64,000 nt of DNA from Cetorhinus maximus (taxonomy: Eukaryota): positions 23,126,001 to 23,190,000 of the forward strand of contig NC_135901.1 in assembly GCF_964194155.1 (NCBI RefSeq), written 5' to 3'. Made by a program: the position numbers and the translations under genes. Below the pieces are notes generated by a model, which was not told the origin of the DNA, ran no database searches, and saw only the letters and a program-made list of their open reading frames with translations. Shown piece by piece: positions 12,090 to 23,284 of this stretch (position 1 is the first letter of the stretch; every line of letters starts with the position of its first letter).

Positions 12090-12890
12090 GAGCAGTGAAG
12101 CGCAGAATTGTCGAGGAGGCCATTCGGCCCATCGTGTCTACACCGGCTCTCTGAACATTTTAATTTCGTGCCCATCTCCTGCCTTTCCCCCGTAACCCTG
12201 CAGATTGTATCTGTTTAGATAATCATCCAATGCCTCAACTGAACCTGCCTCCACCACACTTCCAGGCAGTGCATTCCAAAGCCTAACTACTCGCTGTGTG
12301 AAAAAGTTTTTTCTCACCTCGCATTTGCTTCTTTTGCAAAACACTTTAAAACTGTGCATTCTGGTTCTCGACCCCTTTACGAGCGGGAACAGTTTCTCCC
12401 TATCTACTCTGTCCAGACCCCTCATGATTTTGAAAACTTCTATCAAGTCTCCTCTGACCCTTCTCCTCGAAGGAAAACAGTCCCAACTTCTCCAATCTTT
12501 CCTCATAACTGAAGCGTCTCATCCCTGGAATCATTCTTGAAAACATCTTCTGCACTCTCTCCAATACGTTCACATCCTTCCTATAGTGTGGCACCCAGAA
12601 CTGCACACAGTACTCCAGTTGAGGTCTAACCAGTACCTTATATAAACTCAACATAACCTCCCTGCTCTTGCACTCTATGCCCCTTTTAATGATGCCTAGA
12701 ATACTGTATGCTTTAGAAACAGTTCTCTCTACCTGTCCTACCACCTTTAATGATTTATGTTCATATACACCCAGGTCTCTCTGCTCCTGCACACTCTTTA
12801 TGATGGTATCCTTTATTTTATACTGTCTCTCTGTGTTCTTTGTACCAAAGTGTGTCACCTCATGCTTCTCCGCATTGAACTTCATCTGCC
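12090..12890 (-). mobile_element. CR1 (HER1-like) LINE 3' part
   Basis: ORFs 12400-12885 and 12138-12506 are CR1 ORF2 C-terminus; CR1 tail at ~12100. Confidence 0.9.
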
Positions 12891-13546
12891 AGATATGTCC
12901 AGTGTTGTTATCTGCTACACTGGTATATTATTTATGGTTCTGTAGTCAAGTACATTCATTATTATTTCTAGTCTTGTAATATAGTACTGTAGCTACGCTA
13001 TGTATTTCCAGTCAGAATCCATAGTAGGCATAGTAGGAGTCCATTCGGCAACTTGAGTCCATGCCGACTATCTGTCGAGCAACCCAGTCAGTCCCATTCC
13101 CCCCTTTATATGCCCATAACCCTACAAGTTTACTTCCTTCAAGCGCCCATCCAATTTCATTTTGAAATCATCAATGATTTCCTCTTCCACCATCCTCATA
13201 TGGTGTGTGTTCCAGTTTATGATCACTTGCTGTCCAAATGAAGTTCTTCCTCACATCCCCCATTTATCTCTAATCAAGTAATATAGTACTATGCATAGGT
13301 GAACAGCCCGCATGAAGATTTTCAGGGTTCTGTGTCCTGGGTAGGAAGCAGTGAGCATGGATCTGTCATTCAGCATGAACTGGCACCGACAGGAGAACTG
13401 GGAGGGTGTATATTAGGGACAGCAGAATGAGATTTACAACCTTTCAGGAATGAGAGAAGAAAATATGTTTCATAGAAATTAGAACTGTCTGTTTTGAAAT
13501 TCTATCCTGTAATGACTGTGTTGACTCTTGTAAACTCCTTTTTCAG

Positions 13547-14920
13547 GATATTGGAAAGGGAGGATCTAAGGACAGAAATCTCAAAACAAACATCACGTTA
13601 AGATCTGACAGAGTCACTCGATTAGTCACAGTGTAAATATCATTGGCCTTTGAATCTAGACGGAAAAGTGTTTGTCTGTGCTGTCTGGTTCAAAAAATTT
13701 AAACGTCAGTGTGACTGGAAAAGCACCGAGACACACACACCCGAGTGAGAGTGTTCAGGTTACGCAGCCTGAAAAAGCATTACACCATTCACAGTGGTGA
13801 GAGTCTGTTCACATGTTCTGTGTGAGAACGAGGCTTTAACTGATCATCAAAACTGGAGGGACAAAAGGCAACCTACACCAGGGAGAAACCATGGAAATGT
13901 GGGGACTGTGGGAAGGGATTCAAAGCCCCATCAGAGCTGGAGATTCATCGACGCAGCCACACTGGGGAGAGGCCGTTCACCTGCCCTGATTGTGGGAAGG
14001 GATTCACTCAGTTATCCAACCTGCTGACACACCAGAGAGTTCACACTGGGGAGAGGCCGTTCATCTGCTCTGATTGTGGGAAGGGATTCACTCAGTTATC
14101 CAACCTGCTGACACACCAGAGAATTCACACTGGGGAGAGGCTGTTCACCTGTTCTGAGTGCGGAAAAGGATTCACTGATTCATCCCGTCTTCTAACACAC
14201 AGAAGGATTCACACTGGGGAGAGACCCTTCACCTGCTCTAAGTGTGGGAAGGGATTCGGGGATTCATCCAGCCTCCGGAGACACCAGCGAGTTCACACTG
14301 GGGAGAGGCCATTCACCTGCTCCGTGTGTGGGAAGGGATTCACTCGGTCATCCCACCTGCTGACGCATCAACAAGTTCACACTGGGGAGAGGTCACTCAC
14401 CTGCTCCATGTGTGGGAAGGGATTCACTCAGTTATCAACCCTGCTGAGACACCAGGCAGTTCACGCTGGAGAGAGGCCATTTCCCTGTTCTGTGTGTGGG
14501 AAGAGATTTGCTCGGTCAACCAGACTGCTGACACACCAGCGAGTTCACACTGGAGAGAGGCCATTCACCTGCACTGAGTGTGGAAAGGGATTCACTGATT
14601 CCTCAAGCCTGTGGAAGCACCGGCGGGTTCACACTGGAGAGAGGCCGTTCACCTGCTCTGTATGTGGGAAAGGATTCACTGAATCACCCAGCCTGCGGAC
14701 ACACCGACACGTTCACACTGGGGAGAGGCTGTTTATCTGCACTAAGTGTGGGAAGGGATTCACTGATGCATCCAGCCTGGGGAAGCATCAGTGAGTTCAC
14801 ACAGAGGAGAGAGGCCATTCACCTGCTCCGTGTGTGGGAAGGCATTCACTGAATCATCCAACCTGCTGAAACACCATGGCAGTCACACCAATTAGAGACC
14901 TTTTAGATACTTCGACTCTG
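13547..14920 (+). pseudogene. C2H2 zinc-finger gene C, start-less (open frame 13844-14794, 10 intact fingers)
   Basis: Family ATG changed to AGG at 13880; frame open to TGA at 14792 inside finger 11; first in-frame ATG at 14408; frameshifted 12th finger follows. Confidence 0.8.
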
Positions 14921-14922
14921 GC

Positions 14923-15945
14923 TGTTCATTGTATCATTTGGGGTTAAGTGTATGCAGGATTTGGGCTTTGATTGTTTGGTTACATGAGCACATATGAGCA
15001 CTTACTGACATAGAGCGGAGTGGAGTTACGAGGTATATATAATGTTTCACTCTGAGAATAAATCTGTACCAAGCAAAGATTAGCTCCAGTTTCTTCCTTC
15101 ACCATCAGGCTGTCAGGACTAAAACATGGTAACTGATTGTCTGATGGTGAAATTTTGAAACCAAAGGAAAATAAAATTTCAGACAGAAGTTACAATCCTA
15201 GTAGATTTTATGAGAAATGGCTGAAAGCAAGTGGGAATTGTCAAGGTCTGATAACTCAGAGTCTGGGCCATACGACCAGTGGAAGAATGAAGTGGATATG
15301 TGGACACGGGTTATGTTCCTACCAAGGAGGAAACAAGATTTGGACTTGGCATTGTCACTTCCTAATAAAAGTAAAATGAGAAGCAAAGTATTTTGTGAGC
15401 TGGATGCCTGTCAGCTGGAGACTGATGAAGGTTTGGATCTCCTATTCGGGCTCATTGAAGAGATTTACAAGAAAGATGATCTATTGGATGACTATAAAGC
15501 ATAGTTGGACATTGACAGGTTTTGAAAGAGGGTGAAAGCATCTTTAGCATAGATGGATTGGAACAGCACTAACAGGTGAATGAACCCCAGGAATGACCAG
15601 GGAACAATTAACAGGTGTTTCAGGTCTGACTCAAAATACCACGATGTGATAAACTGCCCAAAACAGAAAGTCAGGGTCCTTGAAATGATGTATGACACAG
15701 AGAATTCTGAGGCTGAAGATGATGATAATGAGCACTCTGAAGGAATTGTTCTGGTCACAAAAAGCTTTGATTCAGTCCAATAATGAATATGTTATTCACA
15801 GACTCAATCAACTGTTCTGTGTTAGATAGTGGCTGCACCTTGACAGTATGTGGATCAGATTGGTGCAAATATTGTCCAGACTCACCTCATGGTGAAGATA
15901 GACACAAGGTTAAGGAGTATGAAAGTTCTCCTTCATTTGATTTGA
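14923..15945 (+). mobile_element. Ty1/Copia-like LTR retrotransposon remnant (5' LTR, PBS, gag, protease)
   Basis: ~200-bp TG..CA LTR with AATAAA ending at 15126; PBS-like tggtaactga; gag YDQWKNEVDMW..LALSLP; degenerate knuckle CFRSDSKYHDVINCP; protease VLDSGCTLTVCG. Confidence 0.75.
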
Positions 15946-16344
15946 CATCACACATTGTCCTGAATCTTAAAGTAATTGGACTCTGATCATTAATATAACA
16001 GAATCTCATTATTGATGCGGTGGGATTCTGATTATTAATCTAACAGTATCCTGATTAGTAATACATTTTGATCCTGATTATTGAAGAAATCGGCTTTCCA
16101 GAAAAAAATGAATATCAACCTTTTCACAAGCTTTTTTTTGCAGCAGCAATTGGGCCTCAGCGAGTCGTTCATTAGGCCGCGCCGAACAACAAAAAACCGT
16201 AAAGATTTAAAGGGGCCACACAGCTGTCAGGAAGCAGTTGGAGCTACATGGCAGCCATTGCTGCCACAGAGCTCGCGAGCCCAAAATCTAATTTCTGATC
16301 CCACCGGGGGTCACTACCCTCAGTTTGGGAAGCCTGATTTAGAC

Positions 16345-16640
16345 TGAGACTAGAAAATGGGAACGGGCTTTTAAAGCTCTTGTCACAGTCTAAGCATTTA
16401 AACCTTCTCTCTCCAGTATGAACTCGCTGGTGTGTTTGGAGGCTGGATGACCGAGTGAATCCCATCCCACACATAGAGCAGGTGAACAGTGTCTCCCCAG
16501 TCTACATGCGCTGATAACTTTCTAACTCAAATGATTAATTGAATCCCTTTCCACTGTCCCCATGTTAACTCGGTTTCTCCCCAGTGTGACTGCGCTTGTG
16601 TCTTGACAGGCCAGATGATCAGCTGAAACCTCATCCAAGG
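16345..16640 (-). pseudogene. Zinc-finger gene relic
   Basis: [29 protein letters not shown]; upstream [16 protein letters not shown] like unit D. Confidence 0.8.
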
Positions 16641-16799
16641 AAAGGGGGAAAGAGTGGGGAGTGGGGTTAACCGGATTGCTCTTTGAAAGAGCTAGTGCAG
16701 ATTTGATGAGCCAAGTGGCCTCCTTCTGTGCTGTACTATGATGAGATCCTGTGATTCTACAACAGTATAATGGTTCACAATAAACACCATATGATCAAA

Positions 16800-17560
16800 T
16801 CATAAAGTTCAGAAGGTGGCCATTCAGCCCCTCATGTCTGTACTGTCTCTCTGAAAATGTTACCATTCTGTCCCAGCCCACTGATCTTTCTCCTGATCCC
16901 TGAAAATCTTTCCTTGTGAATTAAAAGTCCAAATCCCTTTTGAAAGTTACTGTTGGATCTGCTTCCACCAGTCATTCAGACAATGTGTTCCAGATCATCA
17001 GACCTCACTGAGTAAAATAATCTCTCCTCATCTCCATCCTGGATTTTTTGCCAATTGTTTTAAATCTGTTTTCTGCAGTTACCAACCATCCTGCCAGTGG
17101 AAACAGTTTCTCCCTATTTGATGAAAACTCCTTAAAAAAAAATGGCAAAAATGTCCACACCTCTATTAAATCACTCCTTAACCTTCCCTGCTCTAAAGAG
17201 AACCATCCCAGCTTCTCCAATCTCTCCACAGAACAGAAATCTCTAATCCCTGATACTATTCTGGTCAATTTTCTATGTACTCTCTCCAAGGCCTTCATAT
17301 CTTTCCTGAAGTGTGGTGCTCAGAACTGAACACAATATTTGAGCTGAGGAATAAAAAGTGATTGATAAAGATTCGGTGTGACTTCCTTGCTTTTGTATTT
17401 CATGTCTCCATTAATAAACAGAGGACCCCATCAGTTTATTTTATAAACAGTTTGATCAACTTTTCCTGCTACCTTCAAAGATTTGTGTCCATACACTCCC
17501 AGGTCACTCTGTTCCTGCACTCTGTTTAAATTTGTACCATTTGTTTGGTATATTTCCTCC
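16800..17560 (-). mobile_element. Old CR1 LINE 3' part
   Basis: ORF 17005-17298 KALERV.RK.TRI...LEKLGWFSLEQGRLRSDLIEV. Confidence 0.8.
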
Positions 17561-17564
17561 CCTA

Positions 17565-17830
17565 AAGGACATTAGTGAACTAGAGGTTATTTTACAACAA
17601 TCAGCAATAGTTTCATGGCACCATTATTGATACTAACTTCCACACAAAGACGGAAACATTTTCTGTCTGATTCAGGTCACTGTGTTTAAGTATAAACACT
17701 ATTTGGAAACTTATTGCTAAAAATGTCTGCAGAAGGTTTGTGGGAAATGTGGGAATTGAACCCACATTCCCAGATCATAAGCCTTATGAATACGAGTTCA
17801 GTGACGTTATCACTGTGCCACCATCTCCCC
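17565..17830 (-). mobile_element. tRNA-derived SINE remnants (same family as 19065-19530)
   Basis: A/B-box head gatggtggcacagtg...ggttcaattccc and central ctagttcactaatgtcctttaggg segment. Confidence 0.6.
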
Positions 17831-19045
17831 TCCATTTAGAGCAAGAAGGCACATGGGCAGCAGAGTTTTGAATGATTTTGTTTCCAGGTTGTTGGGGGGT
17901 GGGCGCAGGGTGAATGTGAGAGGCTGGCCAGGAATGTATGGGTATGAGGAGAATTTCAGCAGCAGATGAGCTGGGGTGGGGTGGAGATGGGTGACATTAC
18001 GGAGGTGGAAATATCTGGTATTAATGATGGTATNNNNNNNNNNNNNNNNNNNNNNNNNNNNNNNNNNNNNNNNNNNNNNNNNNNNNNNNNNNNNNNNNNN
18101 NNNNNNNNNNNNNNNNNNNNNNNNNNNNNNNNNNNNNNNNNNNNNNNNNNNNNNNNNNNNNNNNNNNNNNNNNNNNNNNNNNNNNNNNNNNNNNNNNNNN
18201 NNNNNNNNNNNNNNNNNNNNNNNNNNNNNNNNNGGGATCAAATATGACACCAAGATTGTGAAGAGTGTGGTTCAGTCTCAGACAGTTCCCAGGGAGAGGA
18301 ACGTACTCGGTAGTTAGAGAACGGAATTTGTAGTGGTGACCGAAGGCAACGGCTTTGGTCTTCCCAGTTTTTAATTCGACCAAATTTCTGCTCATCCATT
18401 ACTGGATGTCAGATAAGCAGTTTGATAATTTAGTAACAGTGGAGGAATGGTAGGGAGGTAAAACTGGGCATTGTCAGTGTGCAAGTCCAAACTAACATGG
18501 TGCTTTTGGATGATGTCGCCTAGTGGCAGCATGTAGATGAGAAATAGGAGGATCCAATAATAGATCCTTGGGGAAAACCAATTCAAGGACTTTGGAGAGG
18601 AAAGGGAGGTTGCAGATGGTGTGGTAGTTTGCAAGGAAAGTGGGATGAAGGGTTTTTTTTTCAGGAAGGGTGAGAGTGGTGTATTTAAAGGTGAGAGGAG
18701 CAAAACCAGAAGGGAGAGAGAGAGAGAGAGAGCACTGTTAACAATATCAGCAACACAGGGAAGATGGCTGGTCAGCAGTTTGGTAGGAATAGAGTTGAAG
18801 GACTTGGAGGTGGGTCTCCTGCAAAAGATGAGCTCTGACAGGGCATGATGGGAGATAGGAGAGAAACTGGAGAAAGATGTGAGCTCAGGGCTCGGACAAG
18901 GGGGAACTTTAGAGACAGTTTGGAAGCAGCAGAGGCAGCTGATTGAATTGTCTCAATCTTAGTGACAAAGAAGCTCCATGATCTCCTCACACTTGTTGTT
19001 GGTAAGGATGGAGGAGACAGAGGAGAGGGAGAGCCTTTCAAAAGG
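17830..19045 (-). mobile_element. L2 LINE fragments downstream of ZNF-D (spanning the gap)
   Basis: FFVTKIETIQSA; LLFLIYMLPLGDIIQKH; PLPGNCLRLNHTLHNLGVIFDP. Confidence 0.8.
18034..18233. other. Assembly gap (200 N)
   Basis: Run of n. Confidence 1.
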
Positions 19046-19064
19046 AATTAACTTATTTTTAAAG

Positions 19065-19530
19065 CAGGAGGTGCTGATGTTGTGGTATCTTCACTGGATG
19101 AATAATCCTGAGAGCCCCTGGTAATGTTCTGGGGACCTGGGTTCAAATCCCACCAAGGCATATGGTGAAATGTAAATTCAATAAAAATCTGGAACGAAAA
19201 GTTTAATGATGACCATAAAACCATTGTCGATGGTTGTAAAAACCCATCTAGTTCACTAATTCCCTTTAGGGAAGGAAATCTGCCGTCCCTACCTGGTCTG
19301 GCCTACTAGTAACTCCAGACCCAAAGCACCGTGGTTTATTTTTAAATGGCCTAGCAAGGCATTCAGTTGTATCAAAGCATTGTAACTAGGAATGAACCTA
19401 GACCTACACCACATGGACTGCAGCAGTTCAAGAAGGCAGCTCACCACCACCTTCCCAAGGGCAATTAGGGATGGGCAATAAATGCTAGCCTAGCCAGCGA
19501 GGCCCACATCCCATGAATGAACAAAAAAAA
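19065..19530 (+). mobile_element. Near full-length tRNA-derived SINE (SacSINE1/DeuSINE-like)
   Basis: B box gggttcaaatccc; central cctttagggaaggaaatctgccgtcc; tail aagggcaattagggatgggcaataaatgct..cccacatcccatgaatgaac(A)8. Confidence 0.8.
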
Positions 19531-19693
19531 TTCAACACACTGCATGTTTAGTACAAAGCTGATTTATTTTTCTCCTGTCAACAATATTTTCCCCTATAAC
19601 TGGTCAGGGGTTTACTCACCATGAATAGGAACAGACACCACTGAACATGGCTCAGTCCTGGATGTGATGAACAGCAAAATCTAATCACTGTAG

Positions 19694-20570
19694 TTACTCG
19701 TGAACTTGCTGATGTTTCAGCAGGTGGGATGATTGAGTGAATCCTTTCCCACACTCGGAGCAGGTGAATAGCTTCTCCCCGGTGTGAATTCGTTGGTGTA
19801 CAGTGAGTTGAGATGATTTCCTGAACCCAGTCCCGCAGTGAGAGCACCTGAACGGCCTCTCGTCAGTGTGAATACGTTGATGGGACATCAATTCCCAGGA
19901 AGTTTTACAGCACATCCCGCAGTCTGGGCATTTAAAAGGTCTCTCATCAGTGTGAACTCACTGGTGTTTCAGCAGGGTGGATGTTTGAGTGAATCCTTTC
20001 CCACATTTACAGCAGGTGAACGGCCTCTCCACAGTGTGAAGTCACTGGTGTACAATGAGTTGAGATGATCACTTGAACCCAGTCCTGCAGTGAAAGCACC
20101 CAAACATTCTCTCATTAGTATGAACACGTTGATGGGACATCAGTCCCCCAGAACTTTTAAAGCAATTCCCACAGTCCAGACAGTGTGAACTTGCTGGTGG
20201 GTCAGCAAGTTCGATGATCGAATAAATCCTTCCCACAGATGGAGCAGATGAATGGTTTCTCTCCAGCGTGAATGTGTCGATGAGTTTCCAGTTCAGATGG
20301 GTAACTAAGTGCTTCCTCACAGCCCCCACATTTCCATGGTTTCTCCCCGTGTATTTGCGCTTGTGTCTTGACAGGCCAGATGATGGGCTGAAGCCTGGTC
20401 CACACACAGAACACATGTAAAGTTTCTTCCCACTGTGAACGGTTCTTTTTACTTCCATGTTCAAAATCCAATGATAACCAAGTTACTATAAATTGGGCGA
20501 CTCCGTCAGATCCTGATGTGATGTTTGGTCTCAGTTTCCCTAATGCAAATCTTCTCCTTCTAACACCTCC
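19694..20570 (-). pseudogene. C2H2 zinc-finger pseudogene D
   Basis: About 9 fingers split over several frames (ORFs 20069-20464, 20202-20588, 19694-19915). Confidence 0.85.
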
Positions 20571-20574
20571 TCCA

Positions 20575-20960
20575 GCGCTTCTCTTCAACTGCCGGCTCCT
20601 CTCGCGCTTCTCTTCAACTCCCGACTCCTATCGCGCTTCTCTTCAACTGCCGGCTCCTCCCGCGCCCCTCTTCAACTCCCGACTCCTCTCGCGCTCCTTT
20701 TCAACTCCCGACTCCTATCGCGCCCATCTTCAACTGCCGGCTGCTCTCGCGCTTCTCTTCAACTGCCGGCTGTTCTCGCGCTTCTCTTCAACTGCCGGCT
20801 CCTCTCGCGCTTCTCTTCAACTGCCAGCTCCTCTCGCGCCCCTTTTCAACTGCCGGCTGCTCTCGCGCCCTTTTTCAACTCCCGACTCCTACCGCCTTTC
20901 TCTTCAACTCCCGACTCCTCTCGCTCCCCTAACTCCCGGCTCCTCTCGCGCTTCTCTTCC
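20575..20960. repeat. 29-bp CpG-rich minisatellite, ~13 copies
   Basis: Unit cgcttctcttcaactgccggctcctctcg with variants. Confidence 0.92.
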
Positions 20961-21299
20961 TTACTATTCAGAACGCGCTTACTATTGAGAAATATTGAAG
21001 AAAGTTACTAAAATGATTTGTGTCTTCCCCATCCACCTACATTCCTCACCTCCGGGCCCAACTTCCTTTTGTAGCTTCAAAGCTTATTTCTTGGTCAGTG
21101 CAAACATTTCCATTCTATTCTTTCTCCTTATAAACTGTCTTAGAATTCTCCTGATCAACCAGGTCATCGATATAAAGGGAATTAAAATCATTTGTGACAT
21201 CAGGAGGAAAGTAGAGGCTGCAATCATACCAGGATTGTATAGTCCCAAGACAAGGCCTGAATTGTGTACCATCCCCCACCAGGGCTGATTATCCACAGT

Positions 21300-22390
21300 G
21301 ACAATAGACCACTCTGGTTTAGTTGTAGGAGACAGAGGGTGATGACTGAATGATGCTTTAGTGACTGGAAGCCAGTGTCCTATGGCTTACCACAGGGATC
21401 TGTGCTGGGTCCCCTATTATTTGTCATTTATATAAATGACATAGATGACTATGTGGGGGGTAGGATTAGTAAGTTTGCGGATGACACAAAGTTGGCCAGG
21501 TGGTTAACAGTGAAGTTGAGTGTCTTGGGCTACAGGAAGATATAGACGGAATGGTCAAATGGGCAGATAAGTGGCAGGTGGAATTTAACCCTGAAAAGTG
21601 TGAGATGATACACTTTAGAAGGAGTAATTTGACAAGGAAGTATTCAATGAACGGCATAACACTAGCATGTTCTGAGGGACAAAGGGACCTTGGCGTGTGT
21701 GTGCATAGATATCTGAAGGCGGAGGGGCATGTTAGTGGGGTGGTGAAAAATATGGGACACTTGCCTTTATCAATCGAGGCATAGATTACAAAAGTAGGGA
21801 GGTCATGTTGGAATTGAATAGAACCTTGGTGAGGCAACAGCTGGAGCACTGTGTGCAGTTCTGGTCGCCACATTATAGGAAGGATGTGATTGCACTGGAG
21901 AGGGTGCAGAGGAGATTCACCAGGATGTTGTCTGGGATGAAACATTTATGTTATGAAGAGAGGATGGATAGACTTGGGTTGTTTTCGTTGGAACAGAGAA
22001 GACTGAGGGGCGACCTGATCGCTGTGTACAAGATTATGAGGGGCATGGACAGGGTGGATAGGGAGCAGCTGTTCCACTTAGTTGAAGGGTCAGTCATGAG
22101 GGGACACAAGTTTTAGGTGAGGGGCAGGAGGTTTAGGGGCGATATGAGGAAAAACTTTTTTACCCAGAGGGTGGTGACGGTCTGGAATGCGCTGTCTGGG
22201 AGGGTGCTGGAGGCGGGTTGCCTCACATCCTTTAAAAAGTACCTGGATAAGCACTTGGCACGTCATAACATTCAAGGCTATAGGCCAAGTGCTGGTAAAT
22301 GGGATTAGGTAGATAGGTCAGGTGTTTCTCACATGTCGGTGCAGACTCAATGGACCAAAGGGCCTCTTCTGCACTGTGATTCTGTGATTC
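21300..22390 (+). mobile_element. CR1 (HER1-like) LINE, 5'-truncated
   Basis: PQGSVLGPLLF.IYIND, KFADDTK, LEHCVQFWSP; (tgtgattc)n tail; very similar to 2850-3300. Confidence 0.92.
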
Positions 22391-23284
22391 ACTCAGTAAC
22401 ACTGGTTTGTTGTTACTTCTCTGCCAGATGTTCTTCAATGTGGATTTAAGGTTCAGAGAAAGGTTGGAATTGGATGGTCCAAACAGCTTGATCGGACAGG
22501 AAATGTCCCCATGAGAGTGTGTGCTGTGTACAACCTGACATCTACACAATCAGGCCCCACTTCTCCTGGAATAACATGAAGAATCTGCTGCTTTCTAGAT
22601 CTGTTCCTTTCCCCTCACTATTATCCTCTGATTGTTCATGAATTCCTAGTGTGCGTCATCTGCCAACATGCCTGTGGTCTCCCCTTTAAATACTTCCATC
22701 AGTCTTATCAATCAATAGCTGCTCTCACAGGGGTCAGTTCTGAAATACAGTCAGTCTGATTTTAAGGCTTCCTGGAGTAATTCACTGATCCAGATCTTCC
22801 CACCTAACACCAATCCATATCCTCATCTGAATTCTAGGTTTTAATATGAGTATGCTAGGTAGAGATTAATAGATTCCTGATTAACAATGACATAAAGTGT
22901 TATGGGATAATGTGGGCAAAAGGCATTGAAGTGTTCAATCAGCCATGATCATACTGAATGGTGAAGCAGGCTCGATGGGCTGAATGGCCTTCTCCTGTTC
23001 CGATGTGATTGTCCAATATAGAAAACATATATCATTTGATCCCTTTAAACCTGATTCAACACAACCCCTTCACAAATACAAGAGATTGCCTCTGAGGTCA
23101 GTTGTTCCTTTACAGTTTGTGTTGTTCTGAATGATGACAGTATTTACCTTCTCCCTGACCAGTCCTAACCCTTCTGCCGGTTCATTTATTGAAACCAGGG
23201 ACTCTCCTTGTTCTAATGGTGACATTCCCTTTTTGCCCAGTTATTCCTTTAAGTCAGCCCTTTAATTGTTTGTACATTGTTTCA

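Noticed and set aside
16200-16345. hAT/Charlie-like terminus cagtttgggaagcctg followed by atttagac
   Set aside because: Matching left terminus and TSD not found
17810-18395. ORFs containing X runs
   Set aside because: Artefacts of the assembly gap within an L2 fragment
20518-20988. 156-aa repetitive ORF; CRISPR-like appearance
   Set aside because: Head-to-tail 29-bp repeats with no unique spacers and no cas genes; eukaryotic context
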